This document shows, piece after piece, positions 49,255 to 59,703 of a DNA stretch of 64,000 nucleotides. The stretch lies in sequence record DRR723986_9796; one strand, written 5' to 3'. Position numbers and translations under genes: made by a program. Within the stretch, counting starts at the first letter, position 1; every line of letters begins with the position of its first letter. Under the pieces are notes generated by a model, which saw only the letters and a program-made list of their open reading frames with translations, ran no database searches and had not been told where the DNA came from.

Positions 49255-50316
49255 CTACTTCCAACGACTCTTACCCGTTCCTGCATGGGCCGTCCCAACG
49301 ACGGAACAGCTTAGGCCGCATTCTTCGACAATGTCCATAACTGTCTTGGCGTAATAAGGGCTAACGACGAGGGCGAGTCCCATACCCATATTGAAGACCT
49401 TCTCCATTTCGCCTTCGTCAATTTGCCCAAGCTCTTGCACCCAAGGAAAAACTGCGGGCACATTCCACGAACCCCGCTCGAAGACTAGATCGACGCTCGG
49501 CGGCAAGATCCGTTCGGTATTCTCCAGCAGACCACCACCGGTCACGTGAGCAATACCGTGCACTATGTTTTTCACTTTGTAGTGATTGAGTATCTTTCGA
49601 ACCAAACGGGCGTAAATGAGCGTCGGCCGCAAGAGTGCTTCGCCAGCCGACTCCCCAAGTGCATCAACATGATCCGTCGGCGCTAAACCTGCCTTCTCAA
49701 AGACGACCTTGCGAACGAGGCTGTAACCGTTGGAATGAAAGCCATTGGACTCGACACCAATAACAACGTCCTCAGGTGCAATTTGCTTGCCCGAAATCAG
49801 ATGCTTCTTCTCAACGACTCCGACACAAAAACCGGCGAGGTCGTAGTCATCGCCCTGGTAAAGATCTGGCATGATTGCCGTCTCGCCACCTAACAGCGAG
49901 CTGTCCGCATCGACGCAACCACGACTGATCCCGTCGACGATTTGCTCAAGCAGCGGAGGATTGTCGCGACTCATCGCGATGTAATCAAGGAAGAACAATG
50001 GCTCGGCACCACAGCACAAGATGTCGTTGACGCACATGGCGACCAGGTCGATACCGACGGTATTGTGCTGCCCCATCATCTGAGCCACCTTCAGCTTGGT
50101 GCCCACACCATCGGTGCCAGAGACCAAAATCGGCTCGTCGTACTTGCGGCTGAACAGTGCACAGTTGAAATCCAACTGAAACAGGCCCGCAAAGCCACCG
50201 TCGTTTTTCATCACCCGCGGGCTGAAGGTGCGGTGCATCAGTGCAGGCAAACGCCGCATCGACTCTTGATAGACTTCAAGATCGACACCACTATCCTTGT
50301 ACGTCGTTGGACTCAT
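49255..50316 (-). CDS. purM: Phosphoribosylformylglycinamidine cyclo-ligase
   Basis: [44 protein letters not shown]. Confidence 0.97.
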   Translation of the reverse strand: MSPTTYKDSGVDLEVYQESMRRLPALMHRTFSPRVMKNDGGFAGLFQLDFNCALFSRKYDEPILVSGTDGVGTKLKVAQMMGQHNTVGIDLVAMCVNDILCCGAEPLFFLDYIAMSRDNPPLLEQIVDGISRGCVDADSSLLGGETAIMPDLYQGDDYDLAGFCVGVVEKKHLISGKQIAPEDVVIGVESNGFHSNGYSLVRKVVFEKAGLAPTDHVDALGESAGEALLRPTLIYARLVRKILNHYKVKNIVHGIAHVTGGGLLENTERILPPSVDLVFERGSWNVPAVFPWVQELGQIDEGEMEKVFNMGMGLALVVSPYYAKTVMDIVEECGLSCSVVGTAHAGTGKSRWK

Positions 50317-50593
50317 CTGTAGCTTGTTCCGTCGTGGTTTCTTGACTGCAGCGCTGAATAGTTCGGCTCAAAACGTCGCCGCGAGGATTCCCGCCTACCA
50401 CCAACCGGGCTCGGCTCGCGGCGCTGTTGCTGATCGGCGGCCATTTGTAGGCGGCCCGAATTGGCCAATTATCAACAGATAACCCCGCTTTGCTACTACC
50501 CGTCAGATTGCCCCCTGTCAAAGCGACCACCCGGCGCGTGGCGTCACGGCTGGCCGCGGAAATCCCGACGGCGTCCTCATTTAAGCCCTCAAG

Positions 50594-51778
50594 ATGCAAT
50601 CAGTCCCCCGCAGCGTCTATGTTCACGTGCCATTTTGCGGGAGAAGGTGTGGTTATTGTAATTTCACGCTAGTAACCGGAAGAGACGATTTGGTCCCAGG
50701 TTTTCTGGACGCACTCCAGATTGAGGTGAAGCGTGCGGTCGAGCGTGCTACGCAAAGCGGATGGCCGACCGAAGTGGAGACAATCTTTCTAGGCGGAGGT
50801 ACGCCAACGCATCTGGGCGGCGAAGACCTTGAACGGCTGCTTGGCATCGTCACCCAAGCGTTCCCACTGGTCGAAGGCGGCGAATTCTCTACCGAAGCCA
50901 ACCCCCTAGACTGCGACCCAAGCCGGCTAGAGACACTTAAGCAATTCGGCGTCAATCGAATTTCACTCGGCGGGCAGAGTTTTCAAGCAAAGAAGCTTGA
51001 CGTCCTGGAGCGGGACCACAATCCAAAGCAATTACATGCATCACTAGACGCCGTCTGCCAACTTTTTGACAACGTCTCTTTGGATCTCATATTTGCCAGC
51101 CCAGGCGAAACGCTACCCGAGTGGCAAGAGGACCTCAGACAAGCCGCCGCGTATCCGCTCGCCCACCTATCGACCTATGGACTGACCATTGAACGCGGTT
51201 CAGCATTCTACGGGCGGATGCTCAAGGACACTATTCGCGAAGTTGACGAAGACTTGCAGGCCGAGATGTACGAAACGACCATCGAGCATCTCACGCAGCA
51301 GGATTTCGAGCACTACGAAATATCGAGCTTCGCAAAGAGCCAACAGCGATGCCGACACAACCAAGTGTATTGGTCTGGAGAGCCGTGGCACGCGTTTGGT
51401 CCCGGAGCAGCGTGCTACGTTCCCTCCGGCACAGCCACCAATCAGCGCCAAGGGTTGATGGAACGGCGCGTCAATCACCGGAGCACAACGGCGTACATTC
51501 GTCGAGTGCTTGGTGGGCGTTCGCCGGTTGCCGAACGTGATGAAATCCCTCCCGAACAACAACTGCGCGAACGGTTGGTGTTTGGACTTCGTCAGATCGA
51601 CGGTGTCGACATGGACGAATTATCTCAGTGGTGGGGCTCTTCGATCGACGCTCTGTTTTCACCCTACTTGGAACGTTACATCGACTCTGGCTGGCTCATT
51701 CGCCACGCAAACCACCTCCGACTCACTCCCACCGGCCTGCTCATCAGCGACTCACTATGGCCAAACCTTCTGGGATAG
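50594..51778 (+). CDS. hemW: Radical SAM heme chaperone HemW
   Basis: YVHVPFCGRRCGYCNF, GGGTP, YEISSF, HNQVYW. Confidence 0.9.
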   Translation: MQSVPRSVYVHVPFCGRRCGYCNFTLVTGRDDLVPGFLDALQIEVKRAVERATQSGWPTEVETIFLGGGTPTHLGGEDLERLLGIVTQAFPLVEGGEFSTEANPLDCDPSRLETLKQFGVNRISLGGQSFQAKKLDVLERDHNPKQLHASLDAVCQLFDNVSLDLIFASPGETLPEWQEDLRQAAAYPLAHLSTYGLTIERGSAFYGRMLKDTIREVDEDLQAEMYETTIEHLTQQDFEHYEISSFAKSQQRCRHNQVYWSGEPWHAFGPGAACYVPSGTATNQRQGLMERRVNHRSTTAYIRRVLGGRSPVAERDEIPPEQQLRERLVFGLRQIDGVDMDELSQWWGSSIDALFSPYLERYIDSGWLIRHANHLRLTPTGLLISDSLWPNLLG

Positions 51779-51912
51779 CCTGAGCAAGGCGATGGGTTAC
51801 GAGACGCTAGGAAAAGCTCTTGGAAGAGTGGGGATATGCCTGCCTCCGTCCACCTTTCGTTGTGAGTGGCTACAATGTGGCCATCACGCACACCATGCCG
51901 AGGAGTTTCTTG

Positions 51913-53301
51913 ATGCCTATTCGATTCCTATTGTCCGCTTGTCTCGCCATCCTTGGCTCAGTAGCCGCCGAGTCGCGAGCCTGCTCAGCGACTGAGAAGA
52001 CGAATACCGAAACGACGAGTGCTGAGAAGCCGAATATCGTGCTGATTATTTCAGACGACCAGGCGTGGGAAGATTATGGGTTCATGGGTCACGAGGTCAT
52101 TCAGACACCTCGTTTGGATCAGCTTGCAAGTCAGAGCGCTGTCTTCGGTCGAGGTTATGTGCCGACGGCGCTGTGCCGTCCGTCGCTGATGACGATGATC
52201 ACCGGCCATTACGCTTCAGTGCATGGTGTTACCGGAAATGATCCATCACCCAAATACGTCGACAAGGGTTCGAAACTGTACAACATGAGGCGAGCAGAAC
52301 TGATTTCGAAAATTGACAAATTCGAAACGCTCCCTGAACTGCTTGTCGAACAAGGCTACGTCTGCCACCAAAGCGGAAAGTGGTGGGAAGGCAACTTCTC
52401 ACGAGGTGGATTCACCGATGGCATGACACGAGGCTATCCGCAACGAGGCGGACGACATGGAGACGACGGCCTAAAAATCGGACGCGAGACGATGCAACCA
52501 GTTACATCGTTCATCGACCAGGCCGTCAACGACGAAAAGCCCTTCTTTATCTGGTACGCACCATTTTTGCCTCACACGCCACACAATCCGCCCGCAAGAA
52601 TTCTGAGCAAGTACAAGAACCAGGGCTTATCAGAGTCAGTCGCCAAGTACTATGCGATGTGCGAGTGGTTTGACGAAACTTGCGGACAGTTGCTCGACCA
52701 CGTTGATCAGGCCGGAGTTCGCGAAAACACGGTGGTCGTCTACGTCACCGACAATGGCTGGATTCAAGATCCGAACAGTGGCAAGTATGCCCCTCGATCG
52801 AAACAAACGGCTTACGAGGGCGGCATTCGGACGCCCATTCTTTACTCGTGGCCCGGCAAGATTCAGCCGGGACAACGCGACGAATTGGCTACAAGCCTGG
52901 ACTTGTATCCGACAATCGCGGCTATCGCAGGAGCCGAATCGCCCGAGGGCCTGCCAGGGCTAAACCTGCTGGACAACCTCACGTCCGGTTCCGAAATCAA
53001 GCGAGACAAGATCTTTGGCGAAAGCTTCGCACACGATGTGGCCGACGTGAATGATCCAAAGAAGACTTTGGTTTACCGTTGGTGCATCGAAGGAGACTGG
53101 AAACTGCTCTTGAGCTATGACGGGGAAGTCAACCGTTACAAGTCGACGCACCCGCGTGATGCAGGCGGCCCCGAACTATTCAACCTGTCCAACGATCCCT
53201 GGGAGAAGCAGAACTTGGCCGATAAACATCCCGACATTGTTCAGCGACTGCGCGGCGAGATTGAATCGTGGTATCCGAGCGCTCCCCGCAAAGAGATGTA
53301 G
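51913..53301 (+). CDS. Formylglycine-type (S1) sulfatase, secreted
   Basis: PNIVLIISDD, TPRLDQLA, LCRPSL, GKWW, PHTP, DNG, K...YEGGIRTP, ELFNL..DP.E; AGGAG before ATG 51913. Confidence 0.92.
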   Translation: MPIRFLLSACLAILGSVAAESRACSATEKTNTETTSAEKPNIVLIISDDQAWEDYGFMGHEVIQTPRLDQLASQSAVFGRGYVPTALCRPSLMTMITGHYASVHGVTGNDPSPKYVDKGSKLYNMRRAELISKIDKFETLPELLVEQGYVCHQSGKWWEGNFSRGGFTDGMTRGYPQRGGRHGDDGLKIGRETMQPVTSFIDQAVNDEKPFFIWYAPFLPHTPHNPPARILSKYKNQGLSESVAKYYAMCEWFDETCGQLLDHVDQAGVRENTVVVYVTDNGWIQDPNSGKYAPRSKQTAYEGGIRTPILYSWPGKIQPGQRDELATSLDLYPTIAAIAGAESPEGLPGLNLLDNLTSGSEIKRDKIFGESFAHDVADVNDPKKTLVYRWCIEGDWKLLLSYDGEVNRYKSTHPRDAGGPELFNLSNDPWEKQNLADKHPDIVQRLRGEIESWYPSAPRKEM

Positions 53302-53328
53302 CCACAACGAGCGATGTAGCCGGCAAGC

Positions 53329-54429
53329 TTACAGCTCGACCGTTTGCCCATCATTTTTTGAGGATTCAAAGCACGCGTCCATGACGCGCTGAGTATCCAG
53401 GGTCCACTTTGGCCAAGATGGATCGAGTTTGCCGCTCAGCACGATGTCGCAAAACTTTCGCACCAAGTTCGCTTCTTGCGCAGTTGCGTGATTCGAATCA
53501 TACTCACGAACACTGTGACGCGTCTGATGGTGTTCCATGTGAAATTGGCAATTGTCGACGTCAAACTGGTCATTCGTGACCGTAAATTCGACTGTGGGAC
53601 GATGGTAGGGTAGAACGAAGTCGTCCACCCGCAAGTTGCCCTTATCGCCACTTGCGTGAATCCACTGCTGGTTTTCGGTGATGAATGAGCAGTAGAACGC
53701 CGCGGTCACTCCGTCAGCGAATTTTAAATCTGCGGTAAACTGCCCCGGCACCGTATCGGGACTTCCCTTTGCCTGAAGCGTCGAAAGTACGCGGGCGGAG
53801 ACCTGCGTAGGCATTTGCCCACCTCGCAACAACATGAAGTACCGAATGCAGTACCAGCCCAAATCACCGAGGCAGCCATGTGGTTCCAGACTGCTATTGG
53901 CGCGGATATTGGACTGCTGAAATTCTTCGTCGCCGGCAAACGAGAATTGCGAACAAAGCCTTCGCAGTGTACCGATCTCGCCATCTTCGATTTGCTGCCG
54001 CACAAGTGGCGGTCGTTTGCTATGCATGAACATGACGCCATCCATGTACTGCACCGAATTGCTCTCGCAAGCCGATAGCATTTCATCCACCTGCGACGCG
54101 TTCAGCGCGGCGGGTTTCTCTCCGATGACGTGCTTGCCTGCATCGGCTGCCTTGATGACCCACTCGTGGCGAAGCGCGGTTGGTAGGGGAATGTAGACCG
54201 CATCAATATCATCTCGCTCAAGCAACGCGTCGTACGATCCAAGAGCCGCTACATTTACATCAGGCGGCACCTGTGCAGAGCACTCGTCAATGAAACGCTT
54301 GGCAGAATCAGCACTGCGACTAGCAACCGCAGAAACGACCGCGTTGCCCGACAGCTTCATTGCCATCCAGTTCTTGTGTGCAATGCCAGCGGTTCCAAGG
54401 ATGCCGAATCTAACTTTCGCGTCTGCCAT
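53329..54429 (-). CDS. Gfo/Idh/MocA family oxidoreductase
   Basis: GILGTAGIA, AVYIPLP...H, GKHV..EKP, G.LGDLGWY. Confidence 0.92.
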   Translation of the reverse strand: MADAKVRFGILGTAGIAHKNWMAMKLSGNAVVSAVASRSADSAKRFIDECSAQVPPDVNVAALGSYDALLERDDIDAVYIPLPTALRHEWVIKAADAGKHVIGEKPAALNASQVDEMLSACESNSVQYMDGVMFMHSKRPPLVRQQIEDGEIGTLRRLCSQFSFAGDEEFQQSNIRANSSLEPHGCLGDLGWYCIRYFMLLRGGQMPTQVSARVLSTLQAKGSPDTVPGQFTADLKFADGVTAAFYCSFITENQQWIHASGDKGNLRVDDFVLPYHRPTVEFTVTNDQFDVDNCQFHMEHHQTRHSVREYDSNHATAQEANLVRKFCDIVLSGKLDPSWPKWTLDTQRVMDACFESSKNDGQTVEL

Positions 54430-54642
54430 TTTTCTGTCTCAGTCGAACTTGCTTTTGCGCATCCGTCCACTGGAAAAATGTACGAATGCCGATAGATGCT
54501 TGGCGACAGAGTTTAGCGAATTGCCCCAAGCGCGTCGATCAACCTGCGCAGCCACCGTATCAACCGGAGCAAAACGACGCCCTGAGAATGCACGTCGACT
54601 AGCCAGGTTGCACTGCAGACCAACACAATCTGTACGCAACGG

Positions 54643-55032
54643 CTAGAAGAAATCGCCGCCGGTGATGCTCTCTTCCAGCATCCGATAGAGTTCGAGGCGC
54701 TCCGTTCCGTCGATGATTGCTCGTGACTCAGCCAGTCGTTGATTTACGGCAGAGTCCGGAACACCCAGATCCTTGAGCAGCTTTCGCGCCTGCTCCCAGG
54801 TTGGCAACCAGCAGACACGCTCCTTAAGCCCTTCAATGCTGGCAGCTCGGCGAAGGAAGTGCTTCATGTCCAGGATAAAGTAGACACGCTCCTGGAACGG
54901 ACTAGGCACCTCGATCAACTCGGATTGATCAAGCACGAAACAACCCACTCGCGGCGTCCACTCCATTCCAAACGCCTTCAAGAGTTGAGCAAGCTCAAGC
55001 TCTTCGTCAGAAAAGAACTTCTCCTGATTCAT
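54643..55032 (-). CDS. Hypothetical protein
   Basis: Clean ORF from ATG 55032 (G.EW.P..G, WLPTW.Q.R). Confidence 0.7.
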   Translation of the reverse strand: MNQEKFFSDEELELAQLLKAFGMEWTPRVGCFVLDQSELIEVPSPFQERVYFILDMKHFLRRAASIEGLKERVCWLPTWEQARKLLKDLGVPDSAVNQRLAESRAIIDGTERLELYRMLEESITGGDFF

Positions 55033-55204
55033 AGCGCTGATTACAGATGTTGACATTGGAACAATTCCACAAAGAGGCCCTACACCTTCGGACGCGGTAT
55101 TGTTCAGCGGCGGCAAGGGGGCGACGAGCCTACTTGCGAGAAAGCAAGTGCGAACGAGTAGTCAGGCACGTACTACAACATGTCAGCAAACGCTCGAGCG
55201 GTCG

Positions 55205-55903
55205 CTATTTCTGGCAACTCGAAAGGCCACCATCGACGTGAAGAACTTGCCCGGTGATCCAGCCTGAATCCGCCGAGAGCAGCATTGCGGCGGCCGCTGC
55301 CATGTCTTCTGGCGTACCGACCCGAGCGAGTGGGTACATCTTTGCCATCGCCTCGCGCTTTGCGTCGTTTGCCAGCAATCTTGCGGCAAGGGGTGTGTCT
55401 GTCAGGGCCGGAGCGATGCAGTTGACGCGAACGGTCGGAGCGAGTTCAGCGGCCCAGGTTCTCACGAGTGCTTCCAGCGCGCCCTTGGCAGCGGCGATGC
55501 TAGTATGCATCGCGATACCTCGAGCGGCGGCAATTGTGCTGAAGAAAACTGCACTACCGCGCGCCTTCTTCAGCCCTTGAAGTGCGGCTTGCATGCTGGT
55601 CACCGCACCAATCGTATTGAGTTCGAAGTCAGCCCGCATTTGCTCGGCCTTGACGCCGCGAAGAGGGCCTAGCTGAATACTCCCGGGACAATAAACGAAC
55701 CCATCGATCTGCTCAGGCAACTGCTCAGGTGGCAAACTTGAGGAGAGAACGTCAAACGTTTGGTGCTGAACACCGGGTGCATTTGTTTGACCGCTCGTCC
55801 TACTGTACGTAAAGACTGCCGCCCCCAGCGACGAACAACGCTGCGCCAGGGCCGAACCAATCCCAGAGCTACCGCCAACGATAACAATGTTTTTGCCTTG
55901 CAC
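55205..55903 (-). CDS. SDR family oxidoreductase
   Basis: GGSSGIG, RVNCIAP, WITGQVLHVDGG; catalytic YxxxK replaced by IAAAK. Confidence 0.9.
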   Translation of the reverse strand: MQGKNIVIVGGSSGIGSALAQRCSSLGAAVFTYSRTSGQTNAPGVQHQTFDVLSSSLPPEQLPEQIDGFVYCPGSIQLGPLRGVKAEQMRADFELNTIGAVTSMQAALQGLKKARGSAVFFSTIAAARGIAMHTSIAAAKGALEALVRTWAAELAPTVRVNCIAPALTDTPLAARLLANDAKREAMAKMYPLARVGTPEDMAAAAAMLLSADSGWITGQVLHVDGGLSSCQK

Positions 55904-56073
55904 GTCACACTCTCTACGACAGACCACCGAACCAGTTCAATCAAGCCGATTGCGACCGGATTACCTGCTGGAACTATACGAATATGACAAGCAACGGCCT
56001 AGCGCCCGCGCTAGAATGGAGCCATCTGGGGGCTGCGAGAGAGGATCAATTAACCGCCCGCCGCTTGATCTGT

Positions 56074-56973
56074 TTACGCTAGTGCTATAGCCAAAGCGAA
56101 GATGATGACCCCCAGTACAAGTCCGCCGCCAAGTGCAGCATAGATTTCGTTCATGGTTGGGGCGAACGCCTTTCGCGCGTCGGGGGTGAAGACGTACAAG
56201 GCTAAGAGCACTGAGATCACCAAGCTAAAGAACGCCAGCGCACTGGCAGATCCGTTGATGATTCCCCCAACATGTGCTATCACCCGATCAAGCACGCTGA
56301 AAATGGCGAAAGCGCCAGTGGCACACCAGCCCCAGGTCCGCTTCATCGCGACTCCGATGCCACCAGCCAAGCATACGACTCCATTAATGAACGCCAACGG
56401 CACAAAAAACGCGGCTGCAATGCCAACCTTTTGAAGTGACGACTGCAGCTCGGCAGAGCTGAGGATGAAGCCCCCAAACGCAAAATAACCTAATCCGCTG
56501 AGCGTGAGAAGTATCGAGACGATCGCCATGCCAATGGACACTGGCGGACGCTCGCTGGCAGGCTTGCGTTTTTTATTCTGCACGGGCGGCTTGGGCTCAA
56601 CTGTCGGAGGAGCATAGGGCGAGTAGAAACCTCCTCCCGGTGCACCACCCTGCACAGGCCCAGATGTGCCTGCCAGCGGAGATGGTTCCGCGGGGGACTG
56701 CATAGCAGGGAAGTCTGCGGCACCAAACTCGGGCAGCGAATCAACGAATGCCGATGGCTGAGCTTCAGTGACTTCTTCAACAACCTCTACCGTATCAATC
56801 AACTCCGCCGTTACCAGTGGCGCAGTTGCTACTGGGCTACTCCCACTCGGATATGCTTCTGGACTTGGAACCGTCATCGACTTACCACATTTGCACTTTG
56901 CGGATCGTCCAGCATACTTCGACGAAACGCGATGCTGCTTGCCACACTTGACACACTTAAACTGAATGCTCAT
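56074..56973 (-). CDS. Zinc-ribbon + Pro-rich linker + multi-pass membrane protein
   Basis: CVKCGK...AGRSAKCKCG, SPYAPP, C-terminal TM helices. Confidence 0.8.
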   Translation of the reverse strand: MSIQFKCVKCGKQHRVSSKYAGRSAKCKCGKSMTVPSPEAYPSGSSPVATAPLVTAELIDTVEVVEEVTEAQPSAFVDSLPEFGAADFPAMQSPAEPSPLAGTSGPVQGGAPGGGFYSPYAPPTVEPKPPVQNKKRKPASERPPVSIGMAIVSILLTLSGLGYFAFGGFILSSAELQSSLQKVGIAAAFFVPLAFINGVVCLAGGIGVAMKRTWGWCATGAFAIFSVLDRVIAHVGGIINGSASALAFFSLVISVLLALYVFTPDARKAFAPTMNEIYAALGGGLVLGVIIFALAIALA

Positions 56974-57452
56974 TTCGGTTCCGCTACATGATCAAGGGTT
57001 AGTCGCGATGGTGCGAAACTGAGGGCAGACTACCGGACTAAGATCTCAGCCAACAACACGAGCGCGACGCTGACTGGCTCTCCCAGAGAAACCAGTTCAG
57101 CAGCTTGAAAAGTATAGAACGACCAAGCAACGACTTGCAACCTTTTGCGACACGTTCAGCGCGGAAAAGATGGCTCCAACGCGGTGACCGCACAGGAAGC
57201 TAGGGCGATCAAGCTAACTTCGTATTCGTTGCACAGCCACGCTTAGTTCAACTGAGGAATCACACTCACCCAAAGGTCGTACCAGGTGGCCGAACAATTC
57301 GTCTATAATCACCGCTTCGTTGGGCTCAGCAAGAACACGTCGATTGCTAACCGCGGCCTGCCCACGCAAACCACACACTTACACTCGAGCCCCTTTTGCC
57401 GCAAACGACGTTTCCGGTGCTTCGAGTCAGTTTCAGTTTTGAGGCTAGTCGC

Positions 57453-58715
57453 GTGAAAAGACTTCTACAAGCGATTGGTCCGGCAATCGTTGTTGCCGCC
57501 GTAGTTCTCGGCCCAGGTTCAATCCTGACAAGCTCAAAAGTGGGCGCTTCGCTAGGCCTGCTGGGACTACCCGTCATCGCCCTGGCAACTGTGCTGATGA
57601 TCGGCATGGTATTGCTGGCCGCGCGGCTAGGCGTTGTCTACGAAAAGAGCATCGGCGTCGAACTGCGCAATCGTTTGGGAGCCGCAACGGCAATTTTTAT
57701 CGGTGGAGTTCTCTTTACGCTCGTCGCGCTGTTTCAGTCGTCCAATAATTCGGCGCTCGTCGGCGGCGTTGAACCCTTGTTGGGGAACGGCGAAATGAGT
57801 TTCGGCAAGCGGCTCACTGTGCTGATTGCCGCCAACGCAATAGTACTTGCAATACTGTACCTGATGAAAGACGCCTACAAGACTATCGAACGGTGCATGA
57901 AAGTGCTCGTAGCTTTGATGGCGGCCGCGTTTGCTGTCAATCTAATCGTGGCCATCACGCAGCCAGTTGAAAAGACACAAGCTGCTATCCCTGACGTCGA
58001 CTGGTTCGCCTTGCTTGGCCTGATTGGAACTACATTTTCAGTAGCCGGAGCCTTCTACCAAGCCTACTTGGTCAAAGAGAAGGGCTGGAACATCTCAGAT
58101 GCAAAGAATGGTGTATTTGATGCGGTTTGCAGTATCAGCCTGCTGGGCATCGTAACGAGCATGGTACTGCTGACGTCATACTTTGTATTCTACGGGCGGA
58201 CCGGAATAGAGCTCAAATCCGTTGGAGACGTTGCCGTTCAGTTGGAGCCAACATTTGGTGCGTCCGCGAGAATCGTATTTGCGTCCGGAATCCTTGCCGG
58301 CGCGGTTAGCTCGTTTCTTGTCAACGCGCTGATCGGTGGAACCGTCATGAGCGACTGCTTGGGGCTAGGTTCAAAACTAACCGACCGATGGCCCGTGCAC
58401 CTGACCGCCGCGGCTCTGATCATTGGGATGCTGGTTAGTGTCGCTGCCATGATTCAGGAAGGCAGCACGGTGATGCTAATCACTTTTGCTCAGGCCCTAA
58501 CGGTTGCGGGTGTGCCCGCGCTGGCTCTTGCTCTGATCTACCTAGGCACACGACGTGAACTTAAGGGGGAACGGGCGATACCGAAACCTGTGCTTGGTCT
58601 AGCAATTGTTGGATTCGCTGTCGCCTGCCTTCTGGCAATCCTGACAGCACAAAAGGTTGCATCAAAGGTTTGGCCAGCGGATCCTCCGGCAGCGAGTGCT
58701 TCTGCTCGTGCTTGA
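57453..58715 (+). CDS. Nramp-related divalent metal transporter
   Basis: IGPAIVVAAVVLGPGS, FQSSN, GTTFS, about 11 TM helices; GTG 57453. Confidence 0.85.
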   Translation: MKRLLQAIGPAIVVAAVVLGPGSILTSSKVGASLGLLGLPVIALATVLMIGMVLLAARLGVVYEKSIGVELRNRLGAATAIFIGGVLFTLVALFQSSNNSALVGGVEPLLGNGEMSFGKRLTVLIAANAIVLAILYLMKDAYKTIERCMKVLVALMAAAFAVNLIVAITQPVEKTQAAIPDVDWFALLGLIGTTFSVAGAFYQAYLVKEKGWNISDAKNGVFDAVCSISLLGIVTSMVLLTSYFVFYGRTGIELKSVGDVAVQLEPTFGASARIVFASGILAGAVSSFLVNALIGGTVMSDCLGLGSKLTDRWPVHLTAAALIIGMLVSVAAMIQEGSTVMLITFAQALTVAGVPALALALIYLGTRRELKGERAIPKPVLGLAIVGFAVACLLAILTAQKVASKVWPADPPAASASARA

Positions 58716-58844
58716 TCCACTGACACGGTTGCCGATGATGACGGCGGCAACCTGGAAGCGGCTGCGGGGCTAGTCTTCAGCGCGCCATTCCCGCAGAGTC
58801 GCTCGAAACAGTCGTCTTGATTGTGCCGATAGCCCCGGTTTGCT

Positions 58845-58862
58845 GCGTGCGTTATCGCACGC
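58845..58862. promoter_or_regulatory. Palindrome, candidate enhancer-binding-protein site
   Basis: GCGTGCG-TTAT-CGCACGC about 205 bp upstream of the -24/-12 element. Confidence 0.4.
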
Positions 58863-59066
58863 TCCATTGTGCGAACTGTCGCGCTGAGGGGCTTAGCTCG
58901 TCTTCGCAGGAACTTTCAACGGCCGATGCATGCCATCCAGCCGCGTCGCATCCCCTCCGTCACGGCCAGCTACCAGGCTCTTTACCGCGTCTGGAGGCAG
59001 GTTCTGAGCCCAAATGAGCTACTCCAAGTTGGCGAATACTGCTGTTTCGCTGATTTCTGCAGATGT

Positions 59067-59081
59067 TGGTACGCGGCGTGC
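59067..59081 (+). promoter_or_regulatory. Candidate sigma54 (-24/-12) promoter
   Basis: TGGTACG-CGGC-GTGC, correct GG-N10-GC spacing; sigma54 activator encoded downstream. Confidence 0.55.
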
Positions 59082-59236
59082 CTTCTGAACTCCTGCCGCG
59101 ATACTGCCCCTAGCAGCGCTCCTTGCAGGTGAGCGTCCACGCAAACGCTTGGCAAGACAGCCGAGCCCATAAAGTTGCCCGTACCGACGCCTGCACCACG
59201 AATACCATTCTCCAGACTTGGAAGCGAAATCAAAAT

Positions 59237-59608
59237 ATGAGCGAGCTGTTTGACGAACTCGGCGGTGCTGAGACGGTGGCTGCGATCGTCGAGACAATGT
59301 ATGCCCGCGTACTAGCCGACGAAGAACTGAAGGGCTTCTTCAAAGGAGTCGATACGCAACGGCTTCGCAAGATGCAGTTCGAGTTCATAGCAAGTGCGTT
59401 GGGTGGACCCGTTTCGTACAGCGGAGCGGAGCTGCAGGCTGCACATGCTGGACGTGGAATCACACCACTTCACTTCTCGGCATTTGTTGGCCACTTGGCA
59501 GAATCGATGAAAGAGCACGACGCTTCACCTGAGCAGGTCGACCGCATGCTCGGCCTCGTTGCAATGTATCGCGACCGGATTGTGGGTGCTTCGAACGTCG
59601 ACGGATAA
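59237..59608 (+). CDS. Group I truncated hemoglobin
   Basis: LFDELGG, Y.RVL.D..L..FF, Q..F...ALGGP..Y.G..L..AH, HF. Confidence 0.93.
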   Translation: MSELFDELGGAETVAAIVETMYARVLADEELKGFFKGVDTQRLRKMQFEFIASALGGPVSYSGAELQAAHAGRGITPLHFSAFVGHLAESMKEHDASPEQVDRMLGLVAMYRDRIVGASNVDG

Positions 59609-59703
59609 AGGCGCCTTCCCTAGTGAATACTGCCCCCTTGGGCATGCGGCTTGAAGCGCAAGCCCAACAGTACAGTTCAGATTGATGAGTCTTGTCTAAC
59701 ACA

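Noticed and set aside
25-59608. Heme theme (peroxidase, hemP, hemW, globin) as one system
   Set aside because: The genes are spread over about 60 kb among unrelated housekeeping genes, with no evidence of linkage.
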